Shown piece by piece: positions 48,740 to 59,450 of a stretch of 64,000 bases of DNA (positions are counted from its first letter, which is position 1; the number at the start of each line of letters is the position of its first letter). The notes beneath the pieces were generated by a model, which did no database searches, was not told where the DNA came from, and was given only the letters and a program-made list of their open reading frames with translations. The stretch covers positions 64,001-128,000 of the forward strand of contig JAZLBQ010000007.1 of NCBI GenBank assembly GCA_045613785.1. Reading direction: 5' to 3'. This DNA is from Candidatus Enterousia sp. (GTDB lineage: Bacteria; Pseudomonadota; Alphaproteobacteria; Rs-D84). The position numbers and the translations under genes are program-made.

Positions 48740-50005
48740 TTCACGCAAATCCGATATAATATTATTTTGATTTTCCTGTTTGGTTAAATCTTTGTTCAAA
48801 TCAAATGTTGCTGTTCTGATAAGTGGGGACTCTGCATCGTTATCCATATTCAGATAATATTTATTTGCAATAGTGTTTTCTTCATCTGCTCGTGGATATA
48901 GTAATATTGCATTTTCAGACTGATGAATTTTGCAGTATGTTACAACCTGAAAAACGTCGGCTGTATCAAATCTAGATTTTGTTTTATACTTTGTATCCAA
49001 CACTATTCCTGATGGAATCTCTTTGGTTTTTACAAACATATCAACGTATGTATTTCCATATTTGCGATCGTTTTCGATACAGCGTAATAAACGTCGTCCT
49101 CGTTGATACTCAATGGAATCGATTCCAATTTTATCCTTGTTTCTTTTTATAAATTCGAACACAAATTCTTCGAACAATATGTTCATATCCCACAACAGTG
49201 CGATATTTTCAATATTATTCTTGGACATATCCACAGACATTTGTCCGATAAACATTTTTGCCAACATCAATGGCACTTCAAAGCACTTTTGACTTCTGTT
49301 CAGCTGTATTTTTTCAACGTCAGAATATTTCAAATGTTTAAAAGAAATATCGGCATAGTTATTTACAATAAATCCTAAAATTTTCTTTGTTTTTGGATTT
49401 TTTGTAATGCTGCCCAGACATCTTGAAACGAATAAAAAAGTCTGATTTAATAAATTATCTTCGCTAAATTCGTCGAAGTTGCAGTAGAATTTGGCCTGGT
49501 TTGCACAGTTTTGTTTAATATGCTCCGTTAAATTTAATTTGCCACGCACGCACGCAATGTTTTCGGCTTGTCTAACATAGTTCTTTGGAACTGAATATTT
49601 CAACGAATTAAACAATGATTGTGCATAAAACAGCATCAGTGTTTCAATAAAATCAGCCTGCATTTGCCCCATCAGTGCAGAATCCATGCTGTTGACATTT
49701 AACTGCCGTGTCCAGCCCAACATAAAGATAAGATTTTTCAGTATTTGATCTCGATTGCTAGTGTCCTTGGCCAGCAGTTTAGGCAAGATTTCAATTTGTA
49801 TATTTTTATACTTCAAAACCCCAACAAAATTTGTTGCCCTTATGCCATTTTGTTCAAGTTTGATAGCATCCTGTAATTTTTGCTTTGCCAAGAAACGTTC
49901 CAGACCGTCAGCGAATGCCGGTTTTTGCAAAGATTCTGCAATAATGTCCGGCATATCATCAAACTTGACATAGTCATATTCAAAGACGTTCAGACTTTGT
50001 CCCAT
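48710..50005 (-). CDS. mcrC: McrC-family restriction subunit
   Basis: IEILPK, LWDMNILFEEF, VDM...DTKYK, DVFQVVTY...LLYP. Confidence 0.9.
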   Translation of the reverse strand: MGQSLNVFEYDYVKFDDMPDIIAESLQKPAFADGLERFLAKQKLQDAIKLEQNGIRATNFVGVLKYKNIQIEILPKLLAKDTSNRDQILKNLIFMLGWTRQLNVNSMDSALMGQMQADFIETLMLFYAQSLFNSLKYSVPKNYVRQAENIACVRGKLNLTEHIKQNCANQAKFYCNFDEFSEDNLLNQTFLFVSRCLGSITKNPKTKKILGFIVNNYADISFKHLKYSDVEKIQLNRSQKCFEVPLMLAKMFIGQMSVDMSKNNIENIALLWDMNILFEEFVFEFIKRNKDKIGIDSIEYQRGRRLLRCIENDRKYGNTYVDMFVKTKEIPSGIVLDTKYKTKSRFDTADVFQVVTYCKIHQSENAILLYPRADEENTIANKYYLNMDNDAESPLIRTATFDLNKDLTKQENQNNIISDLRELFFIQSDNI

Positions 50006-50008
50006 AAG

Positions 50009-52312
50009 TTATTCCGCCTGTTCAGTTTGTTCTGCCAACTTGTTGATTGCTTCAACAAAACGATTGTTGTCAAAATTTTCAATTTTTTCGAACTGCCAAA
50101 ATTCATCTTCTGAAATCAGATTTTTAACAGACTTGTCAGCGATATTGCGTTTGATCACAAAATCATTTCCCAACACAATTTTCAACTTGTCCCAATCGCC
50201 CCAGAAATATTCCTTCATCAGTGGCATAATTTCATTGAACCAAACATCTTTTAGCATTTGGACAGATTTACATTTTTTAAAGAAACTATGTCCAATCAAG
50301 TGGTCTTCGTCCAACAGAGCGTTTATTTTGTTGTTTAGTTCTTCAAAGACCGCCCGAACTTTGATTCCATCAATTTCTTGGTCAATCAGATTTGCATCTG
50401 GCAACACAGGTATAAACTTAAAGCGTCTTCGCAGTGCAATATCAATTGCCGCAATAGAACGGTCAGCGGTATTCATTGTTCCGATAATATACAGGTTTTG
50501 TGGCACACCAAAAGACTCCTGACTGTATGGCAACGTAATAGTTAGCTCTTCTTCTGCCCCGATGCGTTTGGTGCTTTCTATCAGTGTAATCAATTCTCCG
50601 AAAATCTTGGAAATATTTCCACGATTGATTTCATCAATCACCAAAACGTAATTTTTGTTCTGTGGTGCATCACCCGTGATTAAACTGTTCAAGACCTTTA
50701 TATCGATGTCCTTTTTGTCTAATTCGTAAACAGACTGCATACTGAACTTTTTACCCTTAACAATAGCACTAACGGGTATGGTTTCATGTGAAATCCAGTT
50801 TACATTTCTAAAATGTTTATATTCGATATCCGCTTCTGGATTGAAAACATAGTCGCCCGTTATTTCTGCGATTGCAGCAATTTCACTTTTCCCGTTTGCG
50901 ATTAAAACAATGTCGCCTGGTTTCATTTCACAACGCAGGAAATTCATCGCTGTTCTTGCAAAATTATCCAGTTTATTATCCTTGACCAGTTTTTCCACAT
51001 CACGACGATTTTTCGCATTTGAAAAATCAATATCTCCGCCATAGTTGTTCGCAATCACACTATTTTCCATACAGAATTCAAATACGTCATTCTCTATTCC
51101 TGACCCCAAAGACATTTTGAATATGCGTGCATTTGCAGGGATTTCTTTTTTGCTGTATTTCTGATGGTCTGCCTTTGCATTTGCACGTTCTGCAATTTTT
51201 TTGAATATTCCGTCAACACGTCTGTATCCAAGGCTGGTTTCGTTGTCCAGAACAGGGCGAATTCCTTCCACAAAGTCTTCGTATGACATAGATTGGTGGA
51301 ACGTTACAAATTCAACACGACCTTGCTTTTTCAAATCATTGAATTTTCCGTGCAGTTCATTATATCTTTCTTTTGAGATATTAAAGCCATAATCCCCACC
51401 ATCATTTTCCAGGATTTCCATCGCCTTGATAATGGTAGAATATGTTTTTCCTGTTCCTGGTGCTCCATATAAAATTTGATTTAATGGTATTTGTGATGAA
51501 TTTGTTTCTGGCATTTTGTTCCCCCGTGTTTTTTTATTGCCAATCGTGGTCATGGAATTCTCTTTGTCTGGTAATCCAATATCATCTCCAACAATCGTTT
51601 CAAATATGCCCAACGGCACCTTACATTCCCGTGCAAATACGGCGACCTCGCCAACTGTTGCATAGATGTCATCGTGCCAGGTCAGCCCCAGCATATCGCA
51701 TGCACGTTTGAAATAATCCTTCGCATACCATGACGACATTTTTTTGATGTGAACAATACGTAAATATTTTCTAATCCATATTTGTTCATAAAATTTTTCG
51801 GGCAATCCCAGTTTGTTACACTTATTCTGAAAAGTCGTCCCCAGTTTTTTGTATTCTTCAACCGTTTTTAGTTCGTTGCGTTCGATTTCATCTGATGCAA
51901 AAACCAGAAAATCACGAATTTTTTCAGCGATTTTTCTTGCCTTGTTTATATCTATTGTGTCGCTTGCAAGTTTTTTTGCATCGGTTGGATTTTTTTTCCA
52001 ATAATACCATTGGTTATTGTCTTTTGATATCAGGTATCCCAATTTTGCTTTTGGATAGCCCTGTATGTTGCCAAAAAAACGTGTCAAATTATCATCATAT
52101 TCCAAGCGATGCATCATATCGTCCATGTTTCCATTTTGAAAACAAAGTCTGTTCAGCAAATCGGCTGGTTTCATATTTTTTAATTTGTCTGGGCCAAAAT
52201 CTTTCAAGAATTCTGCACGATATTTTTTTATGCTCTTACTAGCGTCGTCATATTTTGCACGATTTGTTTTATACAGCTGAATTATTTGATTTTTGACTTC
52301 CAGATTGGCCAT
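50009..52312 (-). CDS. mcrB: McrB-family AAA+ GTPase
   Basis: YGAPGTGKT, FHQSMSYEDFVEG, IDEINRGN, MNTADRS, ALRRRF. Confidence 0.92.
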   Translation of the reverse strand: MANLEVKNQIIQLYKTNRAKYDDASKSIKKYRAEFLKDFGPDKLKNMKPADLLNRLCFQNGNMDDMMHRLEYDDNLTRFFGNIQGYPKAKLGYLISKDNNQWYYWKKNPTDAKKLASDTIDINKARKIAEKIRDFLVFASDEIERNELKTVEEYKKLGTTFQNKCNKLGLPEKFYEQIWIRKYLRIVHIKKMSSWYAKDYFKRACDMLGLTWHDDIYATVGEVAVFARECKVPLGIFETIVGDDIGLPDKENSMTTIGNKKTRGNKMPETNSSQIPLNQILYGAPGTGKTYSTIIKAMEILENDGGDYGFNISKERYNELHGKFNDLKKQGRVEFVTFHQSMSYEDFVEGIRPVLDNETSLGYRRVDGIFKKIAERANAKADHQKYSKKEIPANARIFKMSLGSGIENDVFEFCMENSVIANNYGGDIDFSNAKNRRDVEKLVKDNKLDNFARTAMNFLRCEMKPGDIVLIANGKSEIAAIAEITGDYVFNPEADIEYKHFRNVNWISHETIPVSAIVKGKKFSMQSVYELDKKDIDIKVLNSLITGDAPQNKNYVLVIDEINRGNISKIFGELITLIESTKRIGAEEELTITLPYSQESFGVPQNLYIIGTMNTADRSIAAIDIALRRRFKFIPVLPDANLIDQEIDGIKVRAVFEELNNKINALLDEDHLIGHSFFKKCKSVQMLKDVWFNEIMPLMKEYFWGDWDKLKIVLGNDFVIKRNIADKSVKNLISEDEFWQFEKIENFDNNRFVEAINKLAEQTEQAE

Positions 52313-52405
52313 ATTCCCACCTTTGTAAACGCATTTCAGTCTGGATTATAGTCATATTAAAATATTATCACAAGTAAATAAAAACACCTGTCGCCCATGG
52401 GGTTG

Positions 52406-53410
52406 CTATCGCACTTGTTGATATTGCATTGCAATCAGGTCTTTTACCTTTTTGATAACATCCTTCATACCGTCTGTGTTTTCGATGTATGGTATAACCA
52501 GGGCGTCCTTGATTAACGGACTTGGTGGCAACCAGGACGGAACACAATTTCCATATCCATGGTGATCGTCCGAATAACTATAAAAAAGAAATTTTTCACG
52601 AATATTCCATTTATTTCGTTCCCACTCTGAAAAAACCAATCGTCGCAACATTGACGGATGTGCCAAACAGAACAACAATTTTTCTGGATAAATTATATCG
52701 GTTGTATCCTTGATTTTTATATATGTTTCATAGAAATCATAATCATCTTCTGCCTGCATGCTGAACTTGTTCGTAGCAAATGCGATTGTAATTTCTGTTT
52801 GGATATTTGCCATTTCCAACGCATCAATAATTTGATATACGGTGTATCCTCGTTTCAATACATCTGCCACAGGCACCTCGCGATGAAATGTTCCGACAAT
52901 TATGACTTTTTGAATCCGTGCGGGCAGGGCGTGTGCCACCGAGGTGTTGATACGTCGCATACAGTCAGGCACCCCCGATAAATATCGACCAATGTTCACA
53001 GAACTGCCTGCAATATCATACTTTGATTGCATTTCATAGTGCTGTTGTAATTCTTCTTTCGATGGTAAATCAAGGATATGCATTTCTTTTAATTGTTTTA
53101 GACCCTCAAACCACCCAGATTTCGCCAGATTTAGTGCCTCGTCAAACGACCAGGTTAGCGTCATGTTGTGCCGTCTTGTTGATTGTGCCTGTGAAGACCT
53201 TCGGTTTTCATGTCCTTTCCAATCTATGTATTCCAAGAACTGTTCCCAGTCAAAAAATTTCTGTAATCGTGGATAATCATATTTTTCAGTTTTTACAACA
53301 CGTGGTTCTTTTTTCGCAACTTTGTCGCCAGTGTTGCCTGAACCAGACCGTGGGATATAAAAGTCCCCCGCCGCCTCCATTGAACCAATATGTTCGGTAA
53401 TCCACGCCAT
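52406..53410 (-). CDS. vWA-like partner of the AAA ATPase
   Basis: AGSSVNIGRYLSGVPDCM, IDALE, LAHPSMLRRLVF, GYG; directly downstream of the AAA gene. Confidence 0.6.
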   Translation of the reverse strand: MAWITEHIGSMEAAGDFYIPRSGSGNTGDKVAKKEPRVVKTEKYDYPRLQKFFDWEQFLEYIDWKGHENRRSSQAQSTRRHNMTLTWSFDEALNLAKSGWFEGLKQLKEMHILDLPSKEELQQHYEMQSKYDIAGSSVNIGRYLSGVPDCMRRINTSVAHALPARIQKVIIVGTFHREVPVADVLKRGYTVYQIIDALEMANIQTEITIAFATNKFSMQAEDDYDFYETYIKIKDTTDIIYPEKLLFCLAHPSMLRRLVFSEWERNKWNIREKFLFYSYSDDHHGYGNCVPSWLPPSPLIKDALVIPYIENTDGMKDVIKKVKDLIAMQYQQVR

Positions 53411-53415
53411 AATTA

Positions 53416-54351
53416 TTATCTGGTATTTCTGCGAATTTTTTCTATATCGGCTGCGTTCATTCCCTTGAATACAACCATTTTTTCAACTACATCACGTGGC
53501 ACGCCAGCATTTAATAGCCTTTCGCCATGCAGCACAGCACGAGTTCCCACAACCGCCTTCATATCCAATAGGTTTACAGCATTACGAACGCTGTGAACCC
53601 AATCCAGCCATTCTTTATTTGCACACAATCTATTTTCCAGATTGATATCATAGTCAGTCCAAATCATCACAAATCTGTCCAGCGTTGCAGCGTCCAGCGG
53701 ATTGCGACCAATGTATTTGATATTTGCACCTGTTCCGTATGTATTGCCACTGGCTGCCATTATAAAGCGTGGATGCTTATCAACAATTTTGTCTGGGAAA
53801 GCATATTTATCTTGGCTCATTGCGTTGTTGATTACTGTCAAGACATTTGGATTACCCGCATCAATTTCTTCGAAACTGAAAATGCCACCGTTTTCATATG
53901 CCTTACGAAAGATTGTAGGAACATATTTTCCATTTGCATCATTGTATCCGATGATATTATAGTCGCTGGTCAGCGAATTTACAGACAACGGATAAAAAGG
54001 CAACTCCATTGCGGTTGCAATTTGCTGTAATATTGTGCTTTTTCCACTGCCAGCTGGACCAACCAAAAACGGCGAACAGCCTGCTAAAATCGCACGGTAT
54101 GTCGTTTCAAAAGATGCGTGTTGTGCATTAAAATCGACATCAGGATTTAATCCTAAACTTTTTCGCACTTGTGCATCGTTCACCTGACCCAGCATTTGTC
54201 TAGCCACGCCCACGCCGTCCATCAGCTGTTGAATTTCAGTGTTTATCTGTTTTTTCTTTTGTTTTGAACGGATTACAAAGTCTAATAAATTGTCCAGTTC
54301 CCCACTTTTATACAGCTTGTAAACTTGGGAAAATTCACTAAAGAAACCCAT
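53416..54351 (-). CDS. MoxR/CbbQ-like AAA+ ATPase
   Basis: VGPAGSGKS, FEEIDAG, GNTYGTG, LDAATLDRF. Confidence 0.85.
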   Translation of the reverse strand: MGFFSEFSQVYKLYKSGELDNLLDFVIRSKQKKKQINTEIQQLMDGVGVARQMLGQVNDAQVRKSLGLNPDVDFNAQHASFETTYRAILAGCSPFLVGPAGSGKSTILQQIATAMELPFYPLSVNSLTSDYNIIGYNDANGKYVPTIFRKAYENGGIFSFEEIDAGNPNVLTVINNAMSQDKYAFPDKIVDKHPRFIMAASGNTYGTGANIKYIGRNPLDAATLDRFVMIWTDYDINLENRLCANKEWLDWVHSVRNAVNLLDMKAVVGTRAVLHGERLLNAGVPRDVVEKMVVFKGMNAADIEKIRRNTR

Positions 54352-54574
54352 ATTATAACCTTATTTGTATGTATTTTTTTGCTGATGATAGCACTGTAAA
54401 ACAAATTGTCAATGTTTGCTGTTTTTGCTTTACATTGTATCAATTTTTGTTAGGATTATAAATGTGGTATCCATTCCACGATAAAAACTCTCAAAACTTC
54501 AACAAAAATTTCACGTGCACAGCACTGTTGCACGACAGGTTGTGTTCTGAAATACATAACTAAAAAGGCTAAAG

Positions 54575-55123
54575 ATGTCAGAAAATATTTTTTCAGCATT
54601 ATGCTTTGCAGCAAATGCACACAGTGGTCAATATCGCAAATCTACTAATATTCCATACCTGGTTCACCCGATTACGGCGATGCGTCATTTGATACGATAT
54701 GGTGCCAGTTCTGATGCTGTTGCGGCGGCAATTTTGCACGATACTTTGGAAGATACACCTACTACAGCATCTGATTTACGTTCTGCATTTGGCGACCGCA
54801 TAACAGAACTGATAATTGGTGCATCTGAACCAGACAAAACCTTGTCATGGCAAGAACGCAAAGAGCACACTATCAAACAGTTGTCTCAGGTTAGTGATAT
54901 TGATCAACTGATGGTGATTTGTGCAGATAAGTTGAGTAATATATCGGACATTGCTGCTGATTATCAATCCTTGGGAGATGTGGTCTGGGAACGATTTGGT
55001 CGTGGTTATGAACATCAAAAATGGTATTATCGCAGTTTGGCGGAAGTGTTTGCTCGTCACATATCTAAATCCGGCATTTTTAGTGAATTTATCGACATCG
55101 TCAACCAGGTATTTGTGGATTAG
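54575..55123 (+). CDS. HD-domain hydrolase, small alarmone hydrolase/Mesh1-like
   Basis: HSGQYRK..PYLVHP, AAILHDTLEDT, ADKLSN. Confidence 0.85.
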   Translation: MSENIFSALCFAANAHSGQYRKSTNIPYLVHPITAMRHLIRYGASSDAVAAAILHDTLEDTPTTASDLRSAFGDRITELIIGASEPDKTLSWQERKEHTIKQLSQVSDIDQLMVICADKLSNISDIAADYQSLGDVVWERFGRGYEHQKWYYRSLAEVFARHISKSGIFSEFIDIVNQVFVD

Positions 55124-55588
55124 TCTGTTCAGCTCTCTTGAACAAAGGGTGGGCAAGAGAGAAACAAGGCAATATGATTTAAACGAAGACATGTTTGAAG
55201 ACATACGGATTAACAGGTTAAATGGCAAATAAACTGCGCAGAAAAAGTGGCGGATTTCTGCAGGTTGTAGCGAGTCGTTTTTGTGTAAAAATCACATTGT
55301 GATGACAGCGTGTGCTTTTCGGGATAGAACTGATGTCTTGTGTGATTTGATTTTCTGAAAGCCAAGCACAGCAAGGCTTACAGCCTAGGTACCCCTACCT
55401 GTGAAATCAACGATGATATCTATCAGATTTCTATAGCTGAACCAGTTGCATAACACAATGAATTTACATAGAAATTTTTATTTCAAAAACGCAATGTATT
55501 ATTTTTGTCCAAAAATGGATAAAACATGGATTGTAGCCGAAATGTCAGTATGCTTAACTTGCTTTTATATGAATAATTTAGTAGCCTT

Positions 55589-55993
55589 TTGTGTAAAGGA
55601 ACCGGTGTGAAAGTAACTGCTGCAATTTTTAGAAATGGCGATAATGTTCTGCTGATGCGACGGGCGGCTGACCAACCTTTGGCGGGCGAATGGGAATATC
55701 CTGGTGGCAAGTTTGAAGATGGCGAAGACGGACCAACATGCCTGCACAGGGAACTCTACGAAGAATTGGGAATAGACGCAGAAATTGGCGACCTGATTAC
55801 CATTGCAAAACATACAACGGATTCGGGTAAGATTATTGAACTTCATACATACGAAATCACATCCTACACAGGCGAAATCCAACTGCGCGTCCACGACGAT
55901 ATGCATTGGGTGCCAGTCCAGGACTTACCCTCCCACCCACAACTCCTCGCCGACCAAATCGTATCTAAAACACTACAAGCCATGGGGAAGTAA
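55589..55993 (+). CDS. NUDIX hydrolase, MutT-like (start uncertain)
   Basis: WEYPGGKFEDGEDGPTCLHRELYEELG. Confidence 0.85.
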   Translation: MCKGTGVKVTAAIFRNGDNVLLMRRAADQPLAGEWEYPGGKFEDGEDGPTCLHRELYEELGIDAEIGDLITIAKHTTDSGKIIELHTYEITSYTGEIQLRVHDDMHWVPVQDLPSHPQLLADQIVSKTLQAMGK

Positions 55994-56060
55994 AACGCGT
56001 TTTTTCTGTGGAAAAAATCATACAAACTTTGCTATGATCATCAAAACAAGGAAGGTAAAT

Positions 56061-57773
56061 ATGAGTTTAGCATCAAACATAAATGAAAAAGCGAATTTAA
56101 TTTGGGCAATCGCAGACAAATTAACAGGGCCATTCAAACCTCATGAATATGGCGAGGTTATATTACCTTTGATGGTAATCCGTCGCTTTGACTGTATCTT
56201 ACAAGATACAAAACAGGCGGTTTTGAATGCAAATAAATCAATCCCAGATGGCCCGATGAAACATGCGCTGCTGTGCGATGCGTCCAAGCATTCGTTTTAT
56301 AATGTCAGTGATTTTACCTTCCCGCGTTTGATGGATGCCCCGGAACATATCGCAGAAAATTTTGCCGCATATATCGCAGGTTTTTCTGAAAACATTCGTG
56401 ACATTATTGATAATTTTAAGTTTCAAAATATAATTGAGCGTTTGGTTGAAAACGACCTGTTGTATATCATCATAGAAGAGTTTTGCTCGCCCAAGGCCGA
56501 TTTGCACCCATCAAAAATCAGTAATTTGGAAATGGGATACATTTTTGAAGAGGTTATACGTCGTTTTTCGGAATCACATAACGAAGACGCTGGGCAACAT
56601 TATACCCCACGTGAAGTTATTGAATTGATGGTAAATATTTTGTTTGAAAACGATGATGAGTTTTTAACGGGTAATGTTGCAAAAACCTTGTATGACCCGA
56701 CGGTGGGAACAGGCGGTATGTTATCCGAGGCGCAAGAATATCTGCAATCAATGAATCCTGATGCAAAATTGGTATGTTATGGCCAGGAAATAAACCCACA
56801 AACATATGCGATTTGCAAGGGGGATATGCTGATCAAGGGCAATGATGCAGACAATATCAGACGCGGAAATACATTGTCCGATGATAAGTTTGAAGGCGAC
56901 AAATTTGATTATATTTTATCAAATCCGCCGTTCGGTCGTGAATGGAAAAAAGAAAAAGATGATGTTGAAAAAGAAGCAAAATTGGGGCATGCCGGTCGTT
57001 TTGGGGCCGGATTACCACCGATCAGCGACAGTCAAATGTTGTTCCTGCAAGTATGTGCCGCAAAATTACGTGACCAAGGTGGACGTGCGTGCGTTGTTCA
57101 AAACGGCTCGCCGTTGTTCAGTGGTGATGCCGGCAGCGGTTCATCAGAAATCCGTCGCTATTTGCTGGAACATGATTGGGTAGAAGCGATTATCGCATTA
57201 CCAAATGATTTGTTTTATAACACGCCAATTGCGACATATATCTGGGTTTTATCAAACCGCAAGGCATCATACCGACAGCACAAGGTGCAGCTAATTGATG
57301 CCAGCCAAATGTATGAAAAACGTCGCAAAGCATTGGGAAATAAACGCAACGATATCCCACAATCTGCCATTGATGAAATAACGCGTATTTACGGTGAATT
57401 CAAAGAAACAGAAATCAGCAAGATATTCAATACAGATGAATTCGGATATCGCAAGATTGTTGTTGAACGTCCATTGCGTGATGAAAACGGTGATGTTGTT
57501 TTGAAGAAAGGTAAACCGGTTGCCGACCCAAAGTTACGCGACACAGAAAACATCCCATTGACCGAAGATATTCAGACGTATTTTGAGCGCGAGGTTTTGC
57601 CATTTGCACCCGATGCATGGATTGATGAATCCAAGACAAAAATCGGATACGAAATACCATTTACGCGCTATTTCTATAAATACACCCCGCCACGCAAATC
57701 AGAAGACATCATGGCGGAAATAATGACATTGGAATCTGAATTGGATGCACTGTTGAAAGGGGTGTCCAAATGA
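56061..57773 (+). CDS. hsdM: Type I R-M methyltransferase
   Basis: GQHYTPREV, YDPTVGTGGML, NPPF. Confidence 0.95.
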   Translation: MSLASNINEKANLIWAIADKLTGPFKPHEYGEVILPLMVIRRFDCILQDTKQAVLNANKSIPDGPMKHALLCDASKHSFYNVSDFTFPRLMDAPEHIAENFAAYIAGFSENIRDIIDNFKFQNIIERLVENDLLYIIIEEFCSPKADLHPSKISNLEMGYIFEEVIRRFSESHNEDAGQHYTPREVIELMVNILFENDDEFLTGNVAKTLYDPTVGTGGMLSEAQEYLQSMNPDAKLVCYGQEINPQTYAICKGDMLIKGNDADNIRRGNTLSDDKFEGDKFDYILSNPPFGREWKKEKDDVEKEAKLGHAGRFGAGLPPISDSQMLFLQVCAAKLRDQGGRACVVQNGSPLFSGDAGSGSSEIRRYLLEHDWVEAIIALPNDLFYNTPIATYIWVLSNRKASYRQHKVQLIDASQMYEKRRKALGNKRNDIPQSAIDEITRIYGEFKETEISKIFNTDEFGYRKIVVERPLRDENGDVVLKKGKPVADPKLRDTENIPLTEDIQTYFEREVLPFAPDAWIDESKTKIGYEIPFTRYFYKYTPPRKSEDIMAEIMTLESELDALLKGVSK

Positions 57774-59032
57774 GAGAAATGAAAGACAGCGGTATTGAAT
57801 GGATTGGGGATATTCCTGCGAATAAGAATATAGTTAGGAACAAGTATTATGTATCTTATACAAAGGGGAAAAATCCGATATCTCTTAATTCAGAAGGATT
57901 CGGCAAACCATATATCGGGGCATCTGATTTAGATACGTTAAATAACACTTATGAAAATTATACTACCGACGAGTATATTCCAGAATGCACGAAAGATGAC
58001 ATTCTTGTTTTGTGGGATGGTGCTAGAGCGGGATTGTTAGGAACTAATAAAATAGGTTGTATTTCATCAACCATTGTAAAGCTTGAAGTTATTCCTGAAG
58101 TAATCTATACACATTTCTTTTTCTGGTACTTGAAGGGATTTGAGAAATTTTTATCCGATATGGTTACAGGAACAACGATTCCTCATATGAATAGAAGATA
58201 TATAGAGGATATACAATTTATAGACTTTTCATTACACCAACAACAAGCCATTGCGGATTATTTGGATGGGGAATGTGCACGAATTGATGGCATTGTTACA
58301 ACCCAGCGCCAGATAATTGAACGCCTGAAGGAATACAAAAAGTCAGTTATTACCGAGACGGTTACACGTGGTCTGAACCCCGATGCGCCAATGAAAGACA
58401 GCGGCATTGAATGGATAGGCAAAATACCGGAACATTGGGAAGTAAAAAAAATAAAGTATTTATTTCAACTTAGGGATGAACGAAATTATCTTCCATTAGA
58501 ACAAGTCAATTTGATTTCTTTATACACAGACAAAGGTGTTTTACAACATGCTGACATAGAAGAAACCACAGGGAATAAGGCACAAAATGCAGATGGATAC
58601 AAACTCGTTTATGAAGGAGATATTATCGTAAATATTATTTTATGTTGGATGGGTGCTATAGGGTTTTCTGCTTACAATGGCGTTACTAGTCCTGCTTATG
58701 ATATTTATAAACCTTTACCAAAAACTAATAGTAAATATTATCACTATTTGTTTAGAACATCGTTGTTTTCCGGAGAGTGTTACAAAGTTGGTAGAGGAAT
58801 AATGTTGATGAGATGGAGAACATATTCAGACCAATTCAAATCAATTTATGTTTCTGTTCCGCCAATAGAAGAACAACAAGAGATAGCAGATTATCTTGAC
58901 CGTAAATGTAGTGAAATCGATAGCATTATTGAAAAGCGTGAGCGGATGATAGAACTGATGACGGAATATAAAAAATCACTGATATACGAATGTGTTACCG
59001 GCAAAAAGGAAATAGTTGATGTCGTGGAATGA
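57770..59032 (+). CDS. hsdS: Type I R-M specificity subunit
   Basis: Two MKDSGIEWIG repeats, two TRDs, EQQEIADYLD. Confidence 0.95.
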   Translation: MREMKDSGIEWIGDIPANKNIVRNKYYVSYTKGKNPISLNSEGFGKPYIGASDLDTLNNTYENYTTDEYIPECTKDDILVLWDGARAGLLGTNKIGCISSTIVKLEVIPEVIYTHFFFWYLKGFEKFLSDMVTGTTIPHMNRRYIEDIQFIDFSLHQQQAIADYLDGECARIDGIVTTQRQIIERLKEYKKSVITETVTRGLNPDAPMKDSGIEWIGKIPEHWEVKKIKYLFQLRDERNYLPLEQVNLISLYTDKGVLQHADIEETTGNKAQNADGYKLVYEGDIIVNIILCWMGAIGFSAYNGVTSPAYDIYKPLPKTNSKYYHYLFRTSLFSGECYKVGRGIMLMRWRTYSDQFKSIYVSVPPIEEQQEIADYLDRKCSEIDSIIEKRERMIELMTEYKKSLIYECVTGKKEIVDVVE

Positions 59033-59450
59033 TTTCTTTTCTTCACAGTTGTTTGGGGTTATTATTGGGGCGCTGATGACCGGTGGTTTTACGTGGCTAT
59101 TGGATTGCCTGCGATACAAACGCGAACGCAAGGCACATATTCAACAAAAACGCGAAGAATTATATATTCAAGTATGTCATGTGTTGATGGAACATGATAA
59201 ATACTGTCGCGACCACGAATGGCCTAAACAGTGCAAAGAAATGTTCAATGAATTACAGGGCAAAATGCTGATATATGCATCCAAAAAGATTTACAAACAA
59301 TATTATACATTAGATACTGAAATTTGTTCTGTTTATGCTAAAATGAAATCCAAGAAACAACGTGAAGAAATGTCAAACCAAATCGCAGACAAGGTAGAGG
59401 CATTTGCATCAGAAATGCGTAAAGAACTTGGTATAAAAGGAGTGTTATAA
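59019..59450 (+). CDS. One-TM hypothetical protein inside the hsd operon
   Basis: Overlaps the hsdS stop and hsdR start; N-terminal TM. Confidence 0.7.
   Translation: MSWNDFFSSQLFGVIIGALMTGGFTWLLDCLRYKRERKAHIQQKREELYIQVCHVLMEHDKYCRDHEWPKQCKEMFNELQGKMLIYASKKIYKQYYTLDTEICSVYAKMKSKKQREEMSNQIADKVEAFASEMRKELGIKGVL

Noticed and set aside
57770-59032. Phase-variable hsdS shufflon
   Set aside because: The repeats are the normal direct conserved regions; no second hsdS or recombinase in the window
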